A DNA stretch of 58,280 nt, counting the filler, from Sphacelaria rigidula (taxonomy: Eukaryota): assembly GCA_964200075.2 (NCBI GenBank). It is 6 parts of 6 records of this genome, joined end to end, with 100 filler letters (N's around TTAATTAATTAA, not from the genome) between each part and the next. Parts side by side here need not be neighbours in the genome. Positions count along the whole stretch, not along the records: positions 19,463 to 29,092 come from CAXNAA020008071.1; positions 29,193 to 38,822 come from CAXNAA020008072.1; positions 38,923 to 48,551 come from CAXNAA020008073.1; 3 more parts are not named here. One strand, given 5' to 3'. The notes under the pieces were generated by a model, which saw nothing but the letters and a program-made list of their open reading frames with translations, made no database searches and was not told the origin of the DNA. Positions 26,315 through 39,379 of this stretch are shown here, in pieces (within the stretch, counting starts at the first letter, position 1; the number at the start of each line of letters is the position of its first letter). Made by a program: the position numbers and the translations under genes.

Positions 26315-29092
26315 GTGAGCCTGCCGAGTACCGAGCTAGGGTCGAGTCCTGGGCAAAGGGGAGGCGGCATTGGTGGCTTTGGGGGGGGGGGGGAAGAATC
26401 AAAAATGCAAATCGTTCAGTGCTCCAACGTTTACTCAATGTCGGTTTACATGACAAAGGTGTTGTTTCTCCTGCTTAGCCGAGTAACGAGGGATCCACAG
26501 AAGGTTTCAAAAGTCGGACGAATAGTGATTTGCCTTGTATTGATGATTTGACTGATTGGCTGTCGCATTTTAACTGACCCCCCAGGGATCCAGCCGTGGT
26601 CAGATCAGTAGACGTACCCTAGACGAAAACAAGACTGACACACTCGCTGAAGAAACTTGAACATTTTGATAGCTCAGTACACAACTCATAAACAGTTCTA
26701 CACACGGCCTTTTTTTTGTTTTTTCGTGCACACGCCACTATGACTTCAGCAACTCCCTCCCTCACAAGACTGTCATTTGGATCATGACTCTGGTTCGCGT
26801 CACCGCTCTCGTTCTTGAACCCTTCTCCCGTAAAGGCGGAGGGATTATAGGTTTTATTTGACATGCAGCCGTTCGTCACAACACTTGTCAGGCACCGTTT
26901 TACCTAGTCGCTGCTACTACCCCCAGACGCCACCCTTTCGGCAGCGGAAGGCCCCGTCGAATCTTGGATGAACACATGCATGGGGTACATGTGGTCCCAC
27001 TATAGTGCGGTCAAAATCACTCGTCAGAAGTACAAGGGTCCGGCGGCTAGCGCCGCCACGCTGAAATAGGATCGATAGCCAAGAAACATGTTGAATGTTG
27101 GTAGCGAGAGAGGGCGAACCTGACCGTGTGGAGATGCACGATGAGACACCACGGCTTCTGGTGTGTAGCTGTACGGTCCTGTGCTTGCTGCAGAGTGTCA
27201 TTAGTCCTTCGACTCGTCATTTATAGGTTATCTGGGTCACGGATTAATCTTTTTCAAGTGAAAAGTGATGGCAATTCCGCACACTCAGACGCCGGTGTCT
27301 GAGCGCACCAGGGAGCAACCCTCAGTCGCTCCGCTGTCCGAGGCAATACTCATACAGCAGTATAGAACAGTAGAGTGACTGAAGTGCGGCACGGCAATGG
27401 AGCAAACATAGATGTAGACAGTACTCGTACAGCAGCACAGCACACTGTGTGTTGTCATCCCATCTATTCTGGACGCCGGTCTGCACCCTCCGCGAACCAC
27501 AACGTACTCTTCTCGTATCTATGCGTTCGCGGCAGTCCTGGTGCTTCAGGGGCAAGGGTGGCATACCTCGAGCGTGTCTTGATCCTGCGCGCATGTCACA
27601 TCGTTTCAACTGCACCCCCTTTTTACTTTGTGCACTTTTACTCTACAGTCAATACATTCGAACGTTTTTCATCAGCAGCTGAAAAAAAGAGTATGAAACA
27701 GTCAACATGTCATCCTCAACGCTTAACAGTCTACTTTCAGGTTAATCGGAAAAACTCGAGCGTGTTTGATGTTGCACGCGTCTCACATCGTCTCAACTGT
27801 ACTTCTTTTGTGTCTATCTCTGTACTGCTGCTGATACTCTACTCTAAAATCCAGCGCAACTGAACATGATGTCTGTTAAATCTCCAAGTAAATATGATGT
27901 CGATTCCACAAATGAATAGCCATCGATAAAATAGTTGTGGACAGAAAGGGATGCCTTCGAGTGTCGAAGGGTCCGTTGAGACGTGGAGAGACGAAGCACG
28001 TTCGAAGGAGCGCATCGCAACGCCATAGCGCCATGCAGAACACAGCGCGGAAAAGCAAATATACTCGCAACCCGAGCAGAAACAACGCACCCCAATGTCC
28101 AGTAAAATGCAAGCGAAATGCTTACTGAGAGGCATCAGTGAAATATACATACTATGAAATTAAGTCAAGACGAAGTATTGGCTTCTTGGACGTCCCAAGC
28201 AAAGTGACACCTGTCCGCAGGGAAGATATTTACCGGAAAGGTAACAGGTAGAGTTGATAACAAGGTTTACGGCGCTTCGCGCCACCGCTCAAATTGAGCG
28301 ATTCCAAGGCAAAGGATAAGGCGAAGAGTTCGGAGCTCAAGATATGATTTGGAAGCGGCTGCAGTATTTAAGGGAAAAAATGGAATTCCTAGAAGGTGTG
28401 TGTACGTTGGCGATCGCACAGCCGGCGTAGAATTGCCTTCGCAAACAAAATAAGACCACCTACCCGCGAAAAAAATGAAAACCCCATACTGTTGCAGAAA
28501 TTACCTGCCAGCAGGGCTCCGCGCCCATACAGGGTCACCTGTGCATTGAAGTGCGCAACGTTAGTTCAGTTTAGGACACTTCTTTATTTTCAAGTCACGA
28601 CCTGTACAACGCCTCGCAAGTAAAAATCATTGAGGTACATCGATGCTCATAACTAATCAGATTGCGCAGACGAGGGAAGTATTGCACAAAGATCCCGGAG
28701 CAAGATTGAATTGGTGGTGCAGCCGTGTGAGCCGCAGGGGCGGGTGGATAGCGACCTTGCTGTCTGTTTGGAGACGTGCATTACTAGGGCATCCACTGTA
28801 GACAACATATCGGCACCGCACCGAACGATAGAGTACGCTACTGTATGCACAGCCCCCAATTACCCTTCGTATCACCTTCTTAGACAGTGTGTGCGTCAGC
28901 AGCGTTGGCGTCAAGTGCGGTCGCCGACCTCGGGCAATCATCACAAATATTATAAAAAAAAAGATGTCGACGACAGATAACAATGTTTTCGTGAGATTGA
29001 GAGTAGATGATACGATCGACATTCGCTTCAAGCGAGTCATTTTTTTATTCCACGTGTGCTTTTCTTTACCTCCATCACTTGCGTGTGCTTTC

Positions 29093-29192
29093 NNNNNNNN
29101 NNNNNNNNNNNNNNNNNNNNNNNNNNNNNNNNNNNNTTAATTAATTAANNNNNNNNNNNNNNNNNNNNNNNNNNNNNNNNNNNNNNNNNNNN
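29093..29192. other. Artificial contig-joining spacer
   Basis: N44-TTAATTAATTAA-N44. Confidence 0.98.
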
Positions 29193-32100
29193 GTCGGTAT
29201 CGGTAGGGTATGAGTTGTCCCAAATACCGGTACCGGGTACCTACCTTACCTACGGTGCCTGTGATTTATTCACCAGTGTTATTCCTTTCGATAATATGAA
29301 GGCGATACTTCGGGAGGTCAGGCGTGGAGACAAGGCGCACCTCGTGTGTGATGAGACCGAAACATGGATGATGTATTGGCTGGTACCACAGCAACATGTC
29401 ACAGTCACAGATTCAGAAGCGCAAGCAGCTGAGGGCGCGGCGTGCATTAAAACGGTGGGTACCACCGACTCGCCCATGTTTTATTTTAGTTAGCACCGTA
29501 TGTCTGATGACAGTATAGGGGTTACGGTATCAATCGGGCATGCAGGCAGCACCGAATCCTGGCAGCCTCTTCATGATTTTACGTCCGGTTATGAACGAAG
29601 GCTCAACGATACGCAACAAAGAAGCATCATCTAGGTTTCCTTATACCTATGAGGGTTGGGGCTGAACGTTTTCGCTCCAACTCGCTTGACAGGTATAGGT
29701 TAAGCTCCTGTCGCGCGCACGGTGCGATTTGGCAGGGACCCTTAGCGGCGGACCTGGTAAGAGGTCAATGTTCCCCTACAGACAGTACCACAACTTAGGG
29801 TCAGGGAGAGGTGATGGTCTGGCAGCTCCAGGGGTGGGTAGTCTGATATTCTTCTCCAGAAAAATAAACTTGGAGCACGGCCCTAAAGCGTCTGAACGAT
29901 GATGTTTCGTTGATTGCCTCACTTCCACATCGCCCAGGTCTTGCGGAGTGACTGACGAGCTCAGCACGTTACATATATGTGCAAAAGTACAAATCTGCGT
30001 ATGTGCCTAAGGTCCGTTGTTTTCCATGTCAGACAACCAGTCGATTGCGTTGTGTAGCTTCGCCGAAGGTGCAGCCATTAACAATAAGAATTAAGGCGGC
30101 CTTTCAGGTCTACGTGTGCAACCTTGGGCGAACGCACACTTGGTGGAGGTCCCACGCTCATCTGCGTGCATTGACGGGGGGGTCATGACGCTAAACGGTA
30201 ATGTGACAAATGAACCCGATAGAGCCCTTGCCCAAGGCGTCAATGTCGTGGATGGCGCAGTCTTAAAACACATTCTGCAAGCAGTACTGTACTACAATAG
30301 TGCGCACAGACAGGGCGCGGGTCGCATGTACGAGAGCACGGTGCCAGCTTTGTCCTGGAATCCTCGCCAGAGCCATGGTTTCACTTGCAACCGCTCGCGA
30401 TATACGCAGTGACGACCCTCCTGCGTGGTGCTGCTTTCTCCACCTTACTAGCACGCCTGATGAGCCAGCAAGCTGTCCGTATTGATTGTGATTACCCCTC
30501 CTGCCACGATGACGTCTGCTCTGAACCCAGTACAATTGACACTGCGGAACATGACTGGTGCGACTGGTACGTACAATTTTAAATGAAGAATTTCTCGCAA
30601 AGCCTGCGTATGATCGAAAAGGAGTAACACTGGCACCCACATGTGCACACCCGCGGCCCTAGACAAACACTCAAACGCCCGCACGGCTTTCCGAAGTTGG
30701 CGAAAAAGAGCACAACAACAGCCATGCATCAAAACCCTTGGGCGCCAGGCCTCATTTCGGAATAATGTCGCTTGACATTCAACGGCCGTAACTCCAGCGC
30801 TACTGCTCAGCAGCTCCGTCTGCTTTGCTACCCCTCATCATAGTGTACGGTGTTTTTCGTGGGCCCCAAACCCCCTCTCATGCCATGTTGTTCACAGGTA
30901 GCACTTGTTTCCCATTTTCCCCCAGTGATCGACATGGGGTCCATCTGCGGGGGGTCTGGCACCCAAGGGGTTGCGCCCTTCATTAGTAGCAACCGTGCCC
31001 TACCAATGACCAACAGAGCCTGCTTGAGACTTGGCGTTGGCGGATACGTACTTCCCGGTGCAGCATAGACAGTCCCTACACCTACCGACTGCACCTACTG
31101 GCCTAACTTGTTGCGAACAATAGAACGCCCCCTAACTATCTCACTCAGCTAGAGTCGGACTTCGCTCCCCTGTCCGGCGACGACACACGTGTTGGGATCA
31201 CGTAATCCACCGTGAGTACCTTGTCTGCGGTCGTTTTGACTATCGCTACCGTTTACCTTCATGCGCTGGCTATAGTATACAGGCCTGGATGGTTTGAGAG
31301 GGCAGCCAAACACGCTTCTCACGATTTCGCCGCTTGTGGACTACCTTGAACGCAAACGTAGACTACGGTCGGCGGAAGCGCATTCTCTCGTGCGCACAGG
31401 GTAGTCACTGGCAATTACTATAAAGTATATGGCCATCACGTTGCTCACTACTGCGTCGTTTCCATTGTTGGATGATCGGTATAGGGCGGTGTACTGCATG
31501 GATCCATCGCTGTCAGTCTTAGCGTGCTTGGGCCATGTCTTGCTGAGCATGTTCTCTGCCTTGGTATCTATCCACTTCTTACGCCCTGTAATTGATCGGT
31601 GCGATACCACCCACCAAGAAGACCAGGAAGGAAAAAACGCTGTTCTCGCGAGCCGGAAATCTGTTCGTTCGAAGGAAAACATGCACATAGTAACCGGCGG
31701 GGCATATGCACAAGTGTGACATACAACCCAACACAAGAACACATGAAACTCAGAGCCCTGCTACCCCCGCGAAGAAAAGATGAATATCTCGGGTCATAGC
31801 TGCTGACCAGCTGAACACGCTATGTGTTGCTTTGGTACCGAATAGGTTCAGAATTCAACGGGAACCAGTAGTTTGTGTCAAAAACGTGTCGGAAATACCC
31901 ACACATGACCGGCAGGAAGGGCACATATTAGTTTGAAATTGGCACGCACGCGGCCACCCTGCCTCCGAAACTGATCGGAATTCCGTCAAACAAGGACCGC
32001 TCTGTGTAGACGAGCAAAGCTACCGGTGGATCTAATGCACGTGAACGGTGGGTGTCTTTGCGTGTTTTTGCGGGTCTCGGTGTGTAGGTGTTGTGCTTCC

Positions 32101-34129
32101 TTGTCGCGTATTCTCGTACCAGCACAGAGATGTTGGACCAACGGTCACTGCTAGAACCACCGCATTGTTTTACCTGTACGCAGATCTGGCTCACATCTGG
32201 GCAGATTTGTTTTTTTCCTTGAGACCGAAAATAGTCGTTGTGGGCACGAATCTGTTTGCGATTTTTTTTTTCCTATCTCGATAAGACACGGTCTTAGCCC
32301 GTCCCCCGGCTGGCGTCCCTCTCAGTGGGCCATTTGGGCCTTGCAGTCATGACAGTGAAACTCACTCCGATGCAACAGACGTCCCACTCTGCCGTCTAAA
32401 GGGGCATGGCCTCCTAGGGGGGGGGAGTTGGGACCGGTATTTGGACGACTAAACTCTATTATAAGATCAAGTGATCCACGAACGGGTGGCACATATCTCA
32501 GTCCAGGCACCATACCCTCCCAACCCGAACAATCTTAGTAGGATGCTGCTCACCCTTTATGCGACTGGCCGAACACAACACGGTGCTCCGCGCTTGGTGA
32601 TTGCGGGTCTGGTCCGGCGAAAACCCCGCGTACTCCGTCCCGGTTTTGTAGGAATGCGAGCTCAAAGGTCATGTGAAAATGGCATGCAAAATCAGGAGTA
32701 CCCCCCCGCGCGCGCGCCTTTTGTATTTGAGTTGCACACTTCGTGAATAATGATATAAACCAAAATTGGACAAAGATATGATGATTAGAATCACGGCTGC
32801 ATGCATATTTTCTCGGGAGATGTTTGCTCTCTGCAGTTTCGCGAGGCCCGAAGCGTCTGCACGAAAATTAAAGAACATACGTATATACCAGCACACATGG
32901 ATGGATGGGAGATCTGTTCGACCTGTGGCGAAGTACTCATCGGATATCACCTTGAACATTTGTCTCGCGACATGTTCAAAGTTTTGTGGTTTCTTCCAGG
33001 ATTTTGAATCATGAGGCCGTGTTTGATTGTCACACATGCACTAATCCCCTAGGGACTCAGTCTTGGACACAAGATAGGCGTACCTTGAGGGAGCAAAACG
33101 AAAGCGCCCACTTATAAGAGAAGGGGGGGGGGCGTACTCATTTATTGCTTGCCTTAGTCGTTTGACCATTGACCACGCATCCCTTTCGAGACGGAGCGGG
33201 GGNNNNNNNNNNAAATTAAGAGCTACAGCAGCTGTACGTTAGTTTAAGGCCGTAAGTAAAAGAAATAGAGAGCTGGCTCCGGCACAAAAGGATGGAACAA
33301 ACGGGGTGAAAGGAAGAACGTGGTTAGACCGCCGAACCTTGCACGAGGGAAATGTGATGGTTTGAATCGTGTGTACCACCGCACAATCTTGTGAATCACG
33401 TGCACCTCAGCCCACATGGCACCTTAGATCACGAAAGCAACCTAGTGGGAACAGAGGTGTTGCGTTGATACCGGCGGTTGGCGTCTGCGAATGCCCAAGA
33501 AGCTACGCGCTGTAGTTCATGAGTGGTTTGTGGCCAGGCTCGTAGGGGAGGGAGCTTTTCCATTTCATTTTGGTGCAGGACGTGTAGACTTGTCGGCTTC
33601 GGAAGACATGGGCAGTATGCTTAATAAAACCGGCACTATTACGCCACAGTTGATGTGTTGATGCCAGCATTCATGATCTTGCATGCCATAGTCAGAAGAC
33701 CGTTGACCTCGCATCCCTACAAGGCCCGGACGGAGCACGCCAGGTTTTCGCCGGACCAGGCTCCAGTTGTGGATGTCTGAAATGAGTCATCAAGCTGTGC
33801 GCCAGCGTGCAAGAAGAGGATCTGATGCCCGGCTCCCTCGTGTTTTGCTAAGCGCTTCTCGGAATCTACATGATTCATGACCGTAAATGTGGGACGCATT
33901 TACCGGTGATTTGTGTATCAAACCTAGGCTACAAAACCAACTGAGAGGCGCACTATTATGCTACAGCTGATGTGTTGGTGCCAGCGGCTTATTGGGGGTT
34001 GATCCCTGAAATGAATCCTAGAGCTGTGCGCAGGCGCCCGTAAGACCATTTTTTATGGAAGTCACAAAAACGGATCTGTACGCATATCGGGGGAATTCAG
34101 ATCGGGAAACGCCTACTATGGACCCCAAT

Positions 34130-34860
34130 TTGACCCAAATCGGGGAAGCTCAGATTGGTATGTCACGATTTGAGAGCGGTTTCCCCGAATCTAAGCCCAG
34201 ATCGGGGGGAAATCGAGGTCCTTCGAATCTGTAGGAAGTGACGTGCGTACATGGACGTACGGTGATAGGGCAACAGGCGTTTGATATTTTTGCAATCGCA
34301 GCAGCAGCAGACAGTCTCGTGACAGCACAGGCTGTACCTGCCAGCACCAGCTGCTGGAGCAGCTTCGCACGAGGTTTCACAAGCGGATGAGAAGCATTGT
34401 CGGCGTACCCTTCGGCGATGGTAGTATATTATGCTGCACTGCGCTGCGGTATGTATCATCATAACGAACGGTACTGTACTATCCTACTCTCTGCTGTCGC
34501 TGTACTTGCAGGGTGATGAACGGCACTGCACTCGTGAACTCTTCTCGCACTCTGTTCACTGTCCTCGCAATACCAACTGAATCTTATTTCCACAGGGCAT
34601 TATCGTGTACTGTGATTGTGGAGTGTACTGTACTGCATGATACCCTTGGGTACCACGGTACGACGCTGCTCTTGAATGATGTTCCGCTGCCTGCCTGTCG
34701 GTCGGCTTCACTCCGAATGCGATACAACACCCCTGCAGAGAGTGACAGAACTACTTCAACAAATCCGTGGAGTAATGATGAGGTACACACGGGTCTGAGC
34801 TTCACGAATTTGAGTCCCCCCGATTTGGCACAAAATGGGATCCCGCCAGGTTCGGGATTG
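34130..34860 (+). repeat. Interspersed repeat family, copy shared with contig 2
   Basis: Colinear with 11385-12110. Confidence 0.8.
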
Positions 34861-36123
34861 CTTCCCATAAGGGATGGTGTAAGGAGTGCCTGGTGCCTAT
34901 ACCTGGGAGGTGCGGCGCGGTCTTCAGATGACTCCAAGAATCAGCCGCTCCACACATAGTTCGATTTTTGTGACTCGCGGTCAAATCGCACCAAATGTCG
35001 AAAATAGTGTATACTCTTGCTCTCGAGCCCAGGAACGTACTGTCAACACGTGGATCAATTTTCATTTTTACCAGTTTGACTACGCCTGGCAATTTTATTG
35101 CTTCGATTCAGAATATCCCCCCCGCCGCCCGTCCGACAAACTAGGGCCCATGGGGGAGAAATGGGTGTGGTGCCTGGACTGAGAGATACTCCACCCCTTA
35201 GATCCACCCCAAAAGTGTTCTGAACAAGCAACCAATGCGCTCTTGAACGTATACGAGTGATCCAGTGCCATACGGTTGCGCTGTTTTTCTGGCACGCTTC
35301 TCTTCTCTTGGTTTGTCGCTCATGACGCTTTTTTTCGGTTGTTCAAGCTTGGCCGGTATTTTTCTGCCGGGTGATCGATTCAGCCTGCGCTGGAAAAAAA
35401 AATGCCGCACGGCACGTGTACGCTTGTTTGAACACTGGTTGTTGCTCAAGGGTTGTTTATGAGCTTGTGCACGAATGGCCAGATTCTGCGGGACGCCTTA
35501 GCCCGGTGATCTACTCGGCCTTCGTCAAGCATTGATCACTGTGGATAGGCAGAAAATCGATCTGACCAACCATCGCCGGCAAAATCTAGTGGACCAACCC
35601 GACAGCTGACCCCAACAGTCATACTGTACTCCAATTCTACAGCGGTTGTCGTACGGTATGCAGGAGCATTGGTGTCGTTTCATTTGCGAAACGAGTTATG
35701 CAGGTTGCTGTCAGAATGCTCCACATGTACGGGACAAATTTGCCGACCTGTAACCAGCTGAAACGTATCGTAGAATGCTCTTTTCTTCGCCGTGCCGACA
35801 TAGTTGGGCAAAGACCTTATTTATCCTGGCCATTTCAGCCGGCCTACTCGCACCTGGCTTGCTATTCGTTCCTGTAGACCTCACTGCTCGTTTCTCGGCA
35901 AGATAAGTCGAAACACGCTTGTGCGAAGGACCGTATAATTGCTTTACTCAACAAGAGCTCGTGTTGCGTGGTGTGGCAATGGTCAACTTGCGCTCCTGCC
36001 TCAGGTGTGGCGAGCGACGATCTTCAAAACATCTTCACTGGAACACCGTACTACCTCTCTCTGTATGCGACAGAGTTCTTTGTCGATTAAACTGCAGGGT
36101 GGGCACTACTTGCGGCATTCATC

Positions 36124-36193
36124 ATGACTACAAAAAAATCCAAGAGGGCAGGAGCTGGAGTGTCTGAGACTGCTGCAGAGCATACAGATATAG
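36124..36193 (+). CDS. FNIP-repeat protein, predicted exon 1
   Basis: ATG...ATAG|gtaagg; MTTKKSKRAGAGVSETAAEHTDI; phase-1 donor matches the phase-1 acceptor at 36593. Confidence 0.6.
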
Positions 36194-36593
36194 GTAAGGG
36201 AACCGCTTCTCGTTGGAGTGTCTCATCATGCCGAACTGAAACATCTGTGATCGGTGTTGATTATGCGCCTACGTACAATATCCCCGCTTCCAGGAGACAA
36301 GCACACCATGTGGTGCCGAAAGATCGAGCCGTGTTGCTCGCTTGCACGCGCTTGTGGCATGTAGGTAGGGGCTTCCCAAAAATCTCAAATAGTATGGTCT
36401 TCAGAGAGCGTTGCCCTCACTAGGCACGTATGCACACATTCTGCAGGCATTGTGGACTGATTCATTTCTCTCTTACTTCCCGCTTAGCCCCATACCGATA
36501 GAGCGAACTTGGCACCCGCCAAGTGGATATTCTCTGCAGTTACGTGATGGTCAGCTTACAACTCACCTCCTTTGCCAAAACTCCACAAACCAG

Positions 36594-38482
36594 ATCCGGT
36601 GAAACGCTTGCTCTCTGCTCTCGTCACAGACGGCAGCCTATTTCTCGACGCTCTCATGATAGCGCTCAACGAGGCATGCTACGGCCAAGGGTCCTACGTG
36701 CCCACCAAGAACCTGCAGCTCACTTCGCTACAGTGCTGCATAGCATGTCGTAGCGTTAGCACTCTGCACGTGATGGTCGCGAGAAACACGCCCCGAAGGT
36801 TATGGGCACCACCAGCTGAGCGAATAACCTCGACTCCTTTGACTCGTAGTAAGCGACGTGCTTACGGGGAGCGTGGCCCGCCGCCCAGTCGCGTGCCGCT
36901 TCTTCGACCACGTGGCGTGATATGGGTCGTGTGTGCCCGGACCGAGTTCATGTGTTCCGAGGTTCCGATCTTGGAAAATGTCACAAACGTTCAGTTCGGT
37001 GCCGGGTTCAACCGCTGTCTCGGCAATATATTGTGGCCCCAGGGCATAAGGAAGATTGTGTTTGGCGAAGGTGCTGCGGATAAACACGCGACGTTCAACA
37101 GGCCAATCAAGAGTATAGCGTGGCCTGCCTCGTTGCAGGAGTTGGAATTCGGGTTGCACTTCAACCAGCCCATCGAGGACGTGGTGTGGCCTGCCTCACT
37201 GCAGAAGTTGACGTTTGGTTTGTTGTTTAACCAGCCTATTGAAAGGGTGGTGTGGCCGGCGTCGTTGCAACAGATCTCGTTCGGATGCCATTTCGATCAA
37301 CCCATCGAGAAGGTGGTGTGGCCTCCCTCACTACTACAGCTCATGTTCGGGTGCACATTTAACCAGCCCATTGCGGGGGTGGTTTGGCCTGCTTCGCTGC
37401 AGGAGCTGGAGTTTTGGGGCGAATTCAACCAGCCTATAGATATGGTAGCGTGGCCTGCCTCACTGCAGCAGTTGACGTTCGGGAACTTCAACCAGAGCAT
37501 TCATCGAGTTTCGTGGCCTGCCTCTCTCCAACAGCTCGCGATGGGGTTGGACTTCAACCAATCTATCCAGGGGGCGGTTTGGCCTACATCTTTGTTGCGA
37601 CTGGTGTTCGGATGGACGTTCAATCAGCCCATTGGGGGAACGATATGGCCCTCCTCTCTGCAGCAGTTGACATTCGGTCATGACTTCAACCAGCCTATCG
37701 AAGGACTCGCGTTACCCGCCGCAGTGCGGCAGCTCACGTTTGGAGTTTCATTCAATCAGCCCATTGAGAAGGTGGCATGGCCTACACCGTTGCAGGAACT
37801 GACGTTTTCCAGGAACTTCAACCGGGCCATCGAGGGGGTTACGTGGCCTGCTTCGCTGCAGCAGCTCACGCTCGGGAAGGCGTTCAACCAGTCTATTGAG
37901 GGCGTAGTGTGGCCTGCCTCGCTGCAGCGATTGACCTTCGGGGATCAATTTAACCAGCAGATAAAGGGGGTGACGTGGCCTGCCTCGCTGCAGCGATTAA
38001 CCTTCGGGGATCAATTCAACCAGCTGATGGAGGGGGTGACGTGGCCTGCCTCGCTGCAGCGATTAACCTTCGGGGCTGAGTTTAACGAACCGATCGAGCG
38101 AGTGGGGTGGCCTGCCTCGCTGCAGCAGTTGACGTTCGGGTATGAATTCAACCAGCCCATAGGCAGGGTGCGGTGGCCTGCCTCGCTCAAGCAGTTGACA
38201 TTCGGGGATGATTTCAACAAACCAATTAAAGAGGTTGTATGGCCTGCTGCCCTGCAGCAGCTGACGTTCGGGATGACGTTCAACCAGCCCATTGAGCGGG
38301 TGGTGTGGCCTGCGTCGCTGCAACAGTTGACATTCGGAGATTGGTTTGACAAGGGCATACAAGGTGTGGTGTGGCCCGCCTCGCTACAACGTTTGACGTT
38401 TGGGAGGGCGTTTAAGCAATCCATCGAGGGGGTAGTGTGGCCTTCTTCGCTGGCTGAACCAATTTTTTTGGGGTGTGAATAG
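36594..38482 (+). CDS. FNIP-repeat (LRR-like, PF05725-type) protein, exon 2; about 22 x 22-aa repeats, ~652 aa in total
   Basis: Long open frame; consensus FNQPIEGVVWPASLQQLTFGxx repeated from ~37008 to 38470; acceptor caaaccag at 36593; TAG at 38480-38482. Confidence 0.93.
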
Positions 38483-38822
38483 GCGTTTTATAGGGTCATA
38501 GAGGACTATGGTATAATGTAGAGGGTACCAGCAAGCAGTTTTCGAAATTATCAGAAACATGAGGTTAGGTGGCATGCTCTCTTTTCTGCATGGCCATAAC
38601 AGTTGGTCGTTAGCTGACATCATCTATGGTAATTATGTGTGTGCGTGTTGTCGCCCCTTTTATTCAGTCTACCTCTTTCGGGATATATGGGCGCATCAGC
38701 CGGGGTCCACACAGGAGCTTTTTATTCTTTATTTGTTTTTATTACCCCACCTTCCTTTTGCGGTTCTTGTTTTTTATTTTTTATCGCGAGAGGGGTTCAG
38801 CAGTCCCTTACCCTCGTCGACC

Positions 38823-38922
38823 NNNNNNNNNNNNNNNNNNNNNNNNNNNNNNNNNNNNNNNNNNNNTTAATTAATTAANNNNNNNNNNNNNNNNNNNNNN
38901 NNNNNNNNNNNNNNNNNNNNNN
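38823..38922. other. Artificial contig-joining spacer
   Basis: N44-TTAATTAATTAA-N44. Confidence 0.98.
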
Positions 38923-39379
38923 TTTCCGTGAAGATTTGCCCCCCAAAACCTCATGCACTTTTCTTGGGGGGGGGGGGGTATCTTAGAAAGTGTCAAGCCG
39001 TCGATGAAATCGGACGGAGACTAAGGGCTTTCGACCGACTGGGTTCCTGTCGCGTTTTCTGGTGACCAATTAAAAAATTGCGTGTCGCCAGGCCCATTAT
39101 TGTCGACACTGTTTCTTCGGAGAAGTACGAAATTTTCGCGACTGACAATGTACCTTATGACTCTCAAACGTTTGCGACCGCGACGGCGTTTACACAGGGC
39201 AGCTCTCCGAAATGCTGCGTTGCAGGCCGAACTTTTCTGACTTTTCCAAAAATGAAGCTTGGGAGAAATATGAAGCCGCTTCGTTTTTGCAGAACTCTGA
39301 CTGCAAAGTCTGAAAAGTCCGAAAATGTTTCAAGGGTCGGACAAATAATGATTCGTCTGGAAATTACTTGGTTTTAGTA

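Noticed and set aside
29900-31100. Possible reverse-transcriptase remnant (CALFRQLRKAV on the minus strand)
   Set aside because: No YADD or other RT motifs found; the similarity is too weak.
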